A DNA stretch of 13,263 bases from an uncultured archaeon (GTDB taxonomy: Archaea > Asgardarchaeota > Lokiarchaeia > Sigyniarchaeales > Promethearchaeaceae): contig CAYRPF010000056.1 of assembly GCA_964426185.1 (NCBI GenBank), positions 1 to 13,263 of the forward strand, in the 5' to 3' direction. Every line of letters starts with the position of its first letter. Within the stretch, counting starts at the first letter, position 1. The translations under genes were made by a program, and so were the position numbers. The notes beneath the pieces are model-generated. The model saw only the letters and a list, made by a program, of their open reading frames with translations, did not search any database and was not told the DNA's origin. Of the stretch, positions 7,315-13,263 are shown one piece after another.

Positions 7315-8340
7315 TTACCACCGATTTTCAGCATATTCTGCGTGGCCGAAAAATTTATCTTCCTTAGAAATCTCAATTTTTTCTCCATTATCAAGCACCA
7401 GGGTTCCAGTAAAATATCCATAGGCCTTTAAGACTTTCATCCGTAAAATAGCAAAGTTATTATCATCAACCATTACAAAGGTTGGATGAAGATGCATTTG
7501 GACCCGGTCATCGTTACTTTCGAAGATCCAGTCATCTTCAACATTATATGGATTCCAATAGTATTTTACTTCATCCAAATGATGCCCCTTATGATTGAAA
7601 AAGATCATATTCTTGCTGGATTCAAGACCGAAACCGTAATCAAAATTAAGACCCAATAGATTTCCTTGAACTTCACCTGAAGCAGAAGCCCATCTCCATG
7701 TAGTTTTATAAGGAAAAACTGCCCTAGTCCAATCTAAACATCCATAACTTTTTAGTTCATCTGAAAATGTGTATTCTTTATCTGCTACCTTAAATGTTCC
7801 AAAAGCTTGCATACAATTTGCCTTTTGGGCATAAACAAAATGTTTTGGGTTAGAAAAAGGAATAACATTGACCATCGAATCCATATCTGGTGGGCACATT
7901 AGTTTAATTTCACCTTGAAATCCTTTACCTCCAAAATAATCGGGAAAATTGAATTTAAATTGACGATGATCTTTATGTTTAACGCATTCCCAAGACGAAT
8001 TCTTAATTTGATAACGAATATCGCCCGCATTGCTGGATGGGGGTAAATTTAGTTTTCCTTTCGAAAACCATTCTACTTCACTGGCCTCGGAGGTTTCGTG
8101 ACGTTCAAAATCTAAAAAAGTAGCTTGAATTTTACCTTGATAGCCTACATCATAAATAACTAAAATGAGACCAAATTTATCATTTCTAATTTCGTAATAA
8201 TCCCATTCCTTAATTCGGAGTGCCGATGCATGAACTCGGCTTCGTTCATATTTTAAAAGGAGATCACGCGCCCATCCAGTTTGAACTAGATGGCCTTTAT
8301 CATTTAAAAGAGGTCCTGGAGAAGTAATTTCTGATTGCAT
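7315..8340 (-). CDS. DUF2804 family protein
   Basis: Motifs G.LL...G.L...GWAR, RIKEWDYY and DWTRAVFPYKTTWRWAS, and an HAEYAENRW C-terminus, match what I recognise as DUF2804. Confidence 0.8.
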   Translation of the reverse strand: MQSEITSPGPLLNDKGHLVQTGWARDLLLKYERSRVHASALRIKEWDYYEIRNDKFGLILVIYDVGYQGKIQATFLDFERHETSEASEVEWFSKGKLNLPPSSNAGDIRYQIKNSSWECVKHKDHRQFKFNFPDYFGGKGFQGEIKLMCPPDMDSMVNVIPFSNPKHFVYAQKANCMQAFGTFKVADKEYTFSDELKSYGCLDWTRAVFPYKTTWRWASASGEVQGNLLGLNFDYGFGLESSKNMIFFNHKGHHLDEVKYYWNPYNVEDDWIFESNDDRVQMHLHPTFVMVDDNNFAILRMKVLKAYGYFTGTLVLDNGEKIEISKEDKFFGHAEYAENRW

Positions 8341-8362
8341 ATTGATATATTGGCCGAACTTC

Positions 8363-8372
8363 TACTTAAAAA
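8363..8372 (-). promoter_or_regulatory. Putative BRE/TATA promoter for the DUF2804 gene
   Basis: Minus-strand GAAAAAAAATAA followed by TTTTTAAGTA, 23-32 nt upstream of the ATG at 8340. Confidence 0.5.
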
Positions 8373-8393
8373 TTATTTTTTTTCATTTTCTGA

Positions 8394-8924
8394 TTATGAA
8401 TAAGGTTCAGCAAAAATATCTGCCCAAGGAAGATGGAAGGTAAAAATCGTAAATTCCAGAATCAAAATGAGCATTAAAAGCATAATTACTAATTGGGATG
8501 ATCGATTCCACTCAATTTCTTTTATTTGATTTTCAAAAACCGTGATAATGAAAATTGTGAGTATAGTACAGCTAATTGCCCATAATATTTCAACCCACAC
8601 CCTACCAATTGGTCCGTAAATAGCTGGCGCAATATACCACAAAATAAATATTATCCAAGGCGTTAATATCGCCCCAAAAAGGTGAGTAAAAACAAATTGC
8701 CGTTTATGGAAAAGTGTTTTATAAAAAATACCGAATTCTATGGCAGATAACAATAAATAACTGTAAAATGCAATTTTCCAATGTTGAAAAACAGATTCAT
8801 TTATCCCACTAAAGATCTGCATAACAATATTTGGAAAGAAATCGTACAAATAATGTAAAATTTCGAAAATTAAAAGAAATCCAAAAATTCTAGATAAATA
8901 ATAAGCTGTGGAATAGGGTTTCAT
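8394..8924 (-). CDS. Integral membrane protein, DUF6512-like
   Basis: About 5 TM segments; LHYLYDF and NESVFQHWKIAF resemble the H..Y and NESVWEH.K motifs of DUF6512. Confidence 0.65.
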   Translation of the reverse strand: MKPYSTAYYLSRIFGFLLIFEILHYLYDFFPNIVMQIFSGINESVFQHWKIAFYSYLLLSAIEFGIFYKTLFHKRQFVFTHLFGAILTPWIIFILWYIAPAIYGPIGRVWVEILWAISCTILTIFIITVFENQIKEIEWNRSSQLVIMLLMLILILEFTIFTFHLPWADIFAEPYS

Positions 8925-8945
8925 AATAAATACTTGTTGTGAGAT

Positions 8946-8969
8946 TTTTAAAATACATCTCTTTTAATA
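8946..8969. promoter_or_regulatory. Divergent promoter region with back-to-back TATA-like boxes
   Basis: Minus-strand TTTTAAAA (8953-8946) lies 22-29 nt before the ATG at 8924. Plus-strand TTTTAATA (8962-8969) lies 30-37 nt before the ATG at 8999. Confidence 0.45.
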
Positions 8970-8998
8970 AGGTAGAACACAAATAAGTAATCAATATT

Positions 8999-9907
8999 AT
9001 GACTTTCTCGATTTGTGGATTTGATCCCAATACAGGGGATCTGGGTGTTGCTGTTCAAAGCAAATTCATTTGTGTAGGAATGGTAGTACCTTTTGTAAAA
9101 GCAAATGTTGGAGCTATTGCCACTCAAGCATTTTGCAACACAACTTTTGGACCCAGAGGGTTAGAACTTCTTGCTAAGGGGAATTCACCCCAAAAAACTC
9201 TAAATATTTTGCTAAAAGATGATTCTGATCGTGAACAGCGCCAAGTTGGTATTATTAATGTAAAAGGAGAAGCGGCAGCATTTACGGGAAAAGAATGCTT
9301 TTATTGGGCTGGACATATAGTTGGTGAGAATTTCACTGCTCAAGGTAATATTTTAGTAAATTCTGAAACGATCGAGCTCATGGCTAAAGCGTTCGAATCT
9401 ACAAAGGGGGATTTATCAGAACGACTGCTTTCTGCCTTAGAAGCGGTTGACAAACCTGGTTATGGAGATGTTCGAGGTCAGCAATCAGCTGCACTACTTG
9501 TGCATCGTGAAAATGCGGGATACGGCGGTTTTTCTGATGATTTGGTGAATATTCGAGTAGATGAGCATCCAAAACCTATTAAAGAACTCAGGCGGATCTT
9601 TTCCATATATGACATGATATTCCTAAAACGGGAAGATCCATCCAATTTATTGCCTATTCAAGATGAAATTGCGGTGAATATTCGAAAAATTTTGGTAGAA
9701 TTGAATTATCTACCAAGAACCATTAATATAGAAAGTCCAGATTGGACTAAAAACGATCATCAAGCTTTGGAAAATTGGATCGAGATAAATAATTTCGAAA
9801 ATAAATTTTCAAAGAAATATGAAATCTGGAAATCCATCTATGATTACATTTTATCAGAAAAGGGAACTCCTGCGGTAAATCTGAGAAAAATGTCGGAAAT
9901 TCAATGA
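8999..9907 (+). CDS. DUF1028 family Ntn-hydrolase with a C-terminal putative peptidoglycan-binding-like domain
   Basis: MTFSI..D..TGDLGVAVQSKF..VG..VP, GAIATQA, RQVG, AQGNIL, GD.RG.QSAAL and RVDEH..PI.EL.R motifs. The C-terminal ALENW...NNFENK resembles the PG_binding_2-type extension often fused to DUF1028. Confidence 0.88.
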   Translation: MTFSICGFDPNTGDLGVAVQSKFICVGMVVPFVKANVGAIATQAFCNTTFGPRGLELLAKGNSPQKTLNILLKDDSDREQRQVGIINVKGEAAAFTGKECFYWAGHIVGENFTAQGNILVNSETIELMAKAFESTKGDLSERLLSALEAVDKPGYGDVRGQQSAALLVHRENAGYGGFSDDLVNIRVDEHPKPIKELRRIFSIYDMIFLKREDPSNLLPIQDEIAVNIRKILVELNYLPRTINIESPDWTKNDHQALENWIEINNFENKFSKKYEIWKSIYDYILSEKGTPAVNLRKMSEIQ

Positions 9908-9972
9908 TTTTACTTGAATGGATGGAAAAGAGAAATAAATAAAAATGAATTAGAGATATCTGCTTAAAAGAA

Positions 9973-10209
9973 TTAGCAATTGAAAATGGATTTTTGCTGT
10001 ATGAATTTAGTTAAAGTATCAATTGATTGGGAGAAATGCGGGCAAACTCGAGATTCACAAACGACTTGCTCTAAATTACCGTGAATTTCTTTAAACGCGC
10101 ATGAAATGTCAAAAATTCCCGCTTTATTTAGTATTTTTTTCACATGTGTACAACGAGAACAAGGAAGAACCATCAATGCTAAATTGCGAGAATATTCAAC
10201 TTCCTCCAT
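9973..10209 (-). CDS. Small Cys-rich hypothetical protein, putative Zn or Fe-S binding
   Basis: 78 aa with CSRCTH (C17, C20), C37 and CESRVCPHF (C51, C56). A TTATAAAA box lies about 28-35 nt upstream, and the ORF fills an otherwise empty gap. Confidence 0.6.
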   Translation of the reverse strand: MEEVEYSRNLALMVLPCSRCTHVKKILNKAGIFDISCAFKEIHGNLEQVVCESRVCPHFSQSIDTLTKFIQQKSIFNC

Positions 10210-10385
10210 TTTCTTCGATATTTACACCGTCCTAACTTTTATAATAATATTTAACCCCGAATATTCCAATAAATATTTGAAAAGTTTCCAATTTCATCAC
10301 AAAGCTTTTTTCATGTGAGCTTCTTAATAGTTATTATAATTGATCTGGTTAAATTTCTTCCCCGATCAGCACTGAAGGTTGAAAA

Positions 10386-12050
10386 ATGCCACTGAGTCAT
10401 TTATTAGGAATGCCAAAATATGCACGTTATCAGAAAGTGGTAAAATTACCACCAGATAAAACAGGAATTATGCCAAATCGTCGCATAGTTCTTATATCTG
10501 ATACACACATTTCTTCCGGAACAAATTCAAATTTTAATTGCGTTATGTTCCGTAAAGGATTGGAGGAAATTTCTCAAATTCCCGATGTGGATTATATCAT
10601 TCATCTTGGCGATCTTACTCATGATGGTACTTATATGGAATATGAAATCGCTTTGGACATGATTCGAAAGATTAATTCAGAGAAATTTTTTATAATTCCT
10701 GGCAACCATGATTCCCGAAATGTGGGTTATCTGCTTTTCGAAGAATTATTAGGAAAAAGAACGTTTGAAATTGAAGAACCACATTTGTATATCCTTGGAG
10801 TTGATTCCAGCATTCCAGATCAGAACACTGGGAGAATTGGTTCGCAAGCATTGAAATATAGTGAAAAAGTTTTTTATGATCATGAAGATCAGATTAAAAT
10901 ATTTGCTTTTCATCATCAATTAATCCCCATTCCTTATACTGGAAGAGAACGTTCGGCTATTTATGATGCGGGAGATGCTTTGGAAATGGCACTACGTACG
11001 AATGTTGATCTTATACTGAACGGGCATCGTCACATTTCAAATGTTTATACATGCTCTAATGGATTTGGAGATTTAGTTATTTTTAATTCTGGCACACTCT
11101 CTGCAAATAAAACGCGCTATCGCGAGCTTTTCTCTTATACGGTACTGGATTTGGAGGAAAAATTTGCTAAATTTATGACTAAGAAATTAATGGACGGGAA
11201 TTACATCGAACGAAGACGTTTCCTTCACCAACATTTTCTTCCTTATTCAATTTCCCAAAAATCACCTCAAATATCACTTCCAACTCAAAAACCAATAGCA
11301 AAAATAGTGCATGCTGGAAATGCCCACTTTGGAAAAACTCTTTTTTTACCACATATTTTCGAACATGCTATTCGGCAAATTAATGATTATAAACCAGATA
11401 TGTTCATATTTACAGGATCACTCACTGGTGGCAATATCCCTGATGAATATTTAGTAGCTAAAACAATGTTGCAAGAAATTAAATCACCACAATTTATAAT
11501 CCCAGGTTTTAAAGATCTGACTAAATATGGGTGGGATCGATTTGAAAAATTTATTGGTGAAGTTGACCCACGGTATGAAAATGACTGTTTCCGGATATTA
11601 GGTTTGAATACTGTAGATCCCCACATAAGTAATGGTTCGGTAGGTAGAAGAAGGATGAAAGAGATTACCGATTATTTCTCTTCCCAAACTGACTCCAAAA
11701 TTAACATTTTAGCTATGAATCACCGGTTGATACCCTCACCCAAGTTAAAATTTGAGCAGATTTTAGAGGATTCTGGCAGTGCTTTGAAAAATTTCACTAA
11801 TCCGGAAAATAATATTCATTTAATTTTAATGGGAAAAAATAATGTTGGCTTCTCTTTACAGCTGGAAGAAACCGTTTTATCTTTTACTGGCACGCTCTCA
11901 TCGATTCAAACTGTTAAACCTCAAATCCATTCCTTTAATAAAATTGAAATTTTTCCTGATCATTCATTGCGCGTGTATGAACAGATTATTGAAACAGATC
12001 AAACCAGATTACTCGGACATTTTTGGCAATCATCTGTTGGAAAAAAATAG
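10386..12050 (+). CDS. Tandem calcineurin-like metallophosphoesterase (intact N-domain, degenerate C-domain)
   Basis: The N-domain has SDTH, GDLT, PGNHD, FHH and GHRH, plus GRERS.I.DAGD. The C-domain repeats the fold with altered motifs. The start could alternatively be the ATG at 10410 or 10470. Confidence 0.88.
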   Translation: MPLSHLLGMPKYARYQKVVKLPPDKTGIMPNRRIVLISDTHISSGTNSNFNCVMFRKGLEEISQIPDVDYIIHLGDLTHDGTYMEYEIALDMIRKINSEKFFIIPGNHDSRNVGYLLFEELLGKRTFEIEEPHLYILGVDSSIPDQNTGRIGSQALKYSEKVFYDHEDQIKIFAFHHQLIPIPYTGRERSAIYDAGDALEMALRTNVDLILNGHRHISNVYTCSNGFGDLVIFNSGTLSANKTRYRELFSYTVLDLEEKFAKFMTKKLMDGNYIERRRFLHQHFLPYSISQKSPQISLPTQKPIAKIVHAGNAHFGKTLFLPHIFEHAIRQINDYKPDMFIFTGSLTGGNIPDEYLVAKTMLQEIKSPQFIIPGFKDLTKYGWDRFEKFIGEVDPRYENDCFRILGLNTVDPHISNGSVGRRRMKEITDYFSSQTDSKINILAMNHRLIPSPKLKFEQILEDSGSALKNFTNPENNIHLILMGKNNVGFSLQLEETVLSFTGTLSSIQTVKPQIHSFNKIEIFPDHSLRVYEQIIETDQTRLLGHFWQSSVGKK

Positions 12051-12129
12051 AACGTTTTAAAAGAAATTAGATATTATGGGGTGATTTTAGATTAGGTACA
12101 CTAAATTAGCACAAAATTATGTTAGGATT

Positions 12130-12390
12130 TTGATATTTGGATTAATTTCTGGATGTACAGGGTATTTTGTATTGAGATTTTTTCCCGCTTTTCCTTTGAT
12201 ATGGGTCCTTGGATTGGGAAGTATTTTGCTCTTCTTAGTGGAGTTTCTTTTCTTTATTCCACCGGATTCACCCTTCTTATCTCCTGATAAAAAAGCATAT
12301 CGAGCTGTGGTATATAGTTTACTTTCTGTTTTAGGATATCTTCCTTGCTATTTTTTGGGATTTTCAATTGGATTATATATTGGATGGTAA
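12130..12390 (+). CDS. Small hydrophobic membrane protein (about 3 TM), start uncertain
   Basis: Three hydrophobic segments. TTG start, with the frame open back to 12091. An in-frame ATG at 12076 is cut off by TGA (12082) and TAG (12088). Confidence 0.45.
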   Translation: MIFGLISGCTGYFVLRFFPAFPLIWVLGLGSILLFLVEFLFFIPPDSPFLSPDKKAYRAVVYSLLSVLGYLPCYFLGFSIGLYIGW

Positions 12391-12409
12391 TGGATGGTAA
12401 TGGGATGGG
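12381..12409 (+). repeat. 10-bp tandem duplication TGGATGGTAA x2 plus a degenerate third copy
   Basis: TGGATGGTAA TGGATGGTAA TGGGATGGG; the first copy contains the stop codon of the 12130-12390 ORF. Confidence 0.8.
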
Positions 12410-12479
12410 TTTAACCATTCTGGTAGTAATTTCTGCAATACCTCCCACAACTCCATCACTTCTTGTTTGCTCTACAAAT

Positions 12480-12692
12480 ATGAATTTCACTTTTGAAATT
12501 ACTCTATCTCATTCTACCCAAATTGCGTGGTCCTATGGCAGAAAATTACCATATGAATCACTCAATCATCCAATTCTTGCTAAACTTATGTCAAATTCTA
12601 AGATTGTCATCTCTCAGCATGCAGATCCATCTAATATTGTTTCTTTTATTCAAAGAATAAATGATATGGAATATTCCAAAGAAAATCTGTAA
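12480..12692 (+). CDS. Possible small hypothetical protein (3' part of the 12345-12692 ORF)
   Basis: ATG at 12480 gives 70 aa with no recognisable motif. The upstream part of the long ORF overlaps another gene and a tandem repeat. Confidence 0.25.
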   Translation: MNFTFEITLSHSTQIAWSYGRKLPYESLNHPILAKLMSNSKIVISQHADPSNIVSFIQRINDMEYSKENL

Positions 12693-12774
12693 TGTATCTA
12701 GTTGTATTCTAAAAAGCGTCAGCTCTCGAGGGAAGTTGCCCTTTTTAGTGGTACACGTGTACGTACATCAGGTT
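12684..12774 (+). repeat. About 90-nt imperfect hairpin immediately downstream of the ParE pseudogene
   Basis: AATCTG/CAGGTT, ATGTA/TACAT, TGTA/TACA, CTAAAAAG (12709-12716)/CTTTTTAG (12741-12748) and CAGCT/AGTTG pair in nested order. Confidence 0.7.
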
Positions 12775-13024
12775 CTATATTCTTTCAACCCAATAATTAG
12801 GATTTCTATTTAACTGCATTACCGCGATAATAATTACTTCATTTTGTCCAATTTGATAAATTATTGGAAATTTGACTCCAAGCTTTGGGAAAATTTAATA
12901 TTCGTTGAATTGTCGAATAGAATTCTTCTAAAAATTGAGTACCTAAGGAATCATTGATATTAGAATAATAATTTAACGCATCTTCCAATTCTTTAATTGC
13001 TAAAGAATTAAATTTGTATTTCAT
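12775..13024 (-). pseudogene. RelE/ParE family toxin pseudogene (internal deletion plus frameshift)
   Basis: The N-part MKYKF..A.KELEDALNYY..LG.QF.EE..I.RIL.FPKAWSQIS continues in a shifted frame from 12864 as IIYQIGQNEVIIIAVMQLNRNPNYWVERI* (TAG at 12777-12775). The usual central R-R-x..FPYG segment is absent. Confidence 0.88.
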
Positions 13025-13236
13025 TTTTCTATCCTTTTACGCATTTGATTGATTACTTCTTCTCCGTCAATTAGGGTAATCTTGCCTGATTGGATTGCTT
13101 GTACTCTTTTCTCTGCTTCTTCTGCCCAAATTTGATCAATTTCGGGTTGAATGGGTACATTTAGACTTTTAATTAGTTCCTCAATCAATTGACTGCGTAG
13201 ATTTGAAGGTAATAATTCTTTGTTTACGGTAGACAT
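13021..13236 (-). CDS. Putative addiction-module antitoxin (TIGR02574-like)
   Basis: LP..LR..L.E.L..SL...EID..WAEEAEKR...I.SGK..LI.GEEV is the typical signature. It has an ATGA overlap with the toxin start at 13021-13024. Confidence 0.85.
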   Translation of the reverse strand: MSTVNKELLPSNLRSQLIEELIKSLNVPIQPEIDQIWAEEAEKRVQAIQSGKITLIDGEEVINQMRKRIEK

Positions 13237-13263
13237 TTTTCTATACTCTATATAGTATTTAGG

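Noticed and set aside
10297-10368. Short inverted repeats TCACA/TGTGA and TGATC/GATCA upstream of the phosphoesterase
   Set aside because: The arms are only 5 bp and are expected by chance; orientation and spacing do not match a CRP-type site.
10106-12490. Short ORFs 10106-10318, 11387-11626, 11842-12060 and 12254-12490
   Set aside because: They overlap better-supported genes and show no motif support.
12839-12841. TGA ending the 61-aa toxin ORF as a selenocysteine or readthrough codon, with the hairpin as a SECIS
   Set aside because: The homologous C-terminus lies in a different frame and a conserved segment is missing. The hairpin also folds better on the opposite strand.
12860-12870. Programmed ribosomal frameshift restoring the toxin
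   Set aside because: There is no slippery heptamer at the junction, and a frameshift would not restore the missing core residues.
1-13263. Window as a prophage, transposon or defence island
   Set aside because: No integrase, transposase, structural or recognised defence genes are present apart from the TA modules, and the central genes look chromosomal.

Overview
This AT-rich window (roughly one third GC by eye) looks archaeal. It has an archaeal-type bifunctional GlmU, TATA-like boxes about 22-37 nt upstream of several start codons, and an archaeal-style double metallophosphoesterase. An Asgard (Lokiarchaeia-like) origin is plausible but is an inference only. Gene order: 3' part of a MazF/PemK toxin; two translationally coupled MscS channel paralogs; glmU; an operon of a Cys-motif protein and a HEAT-repeat/charged-helix protein; a membrane-anchored LVIVD beta-propeller; DUF2804; DUF6512-like; DUF1028 Ntn-hydrolase; a small Cys-rich protein; a two-domain metallophosphoesterase; small dubious ORFs; and a ParE/RelE addiction module. 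Highlights: (1) the two MscS paralogs carry large, oppositely charged insertions at the same cytoplasmic position, a 27x Ser-X hexamer repeat versus a basic coiled-coil, suggesting a possible heteromeric channel; (2) an uncharacterised Cys-cluster plus HEAT/single-alpha-helix operon, a candidate eukaryote-like scaffold system; (3) the ParE toxin is a pseudogene broken by an internal deletion, with its C-terminus hidden in another frame that the ORF track missed; (4) each toxin gene is followed by a long imperfect hairpin; (5) the second phosphoesterase domain has lost most of its metal ligands. No rRNA, tRNA, CRISPR array, transposase or integrase was recognised.
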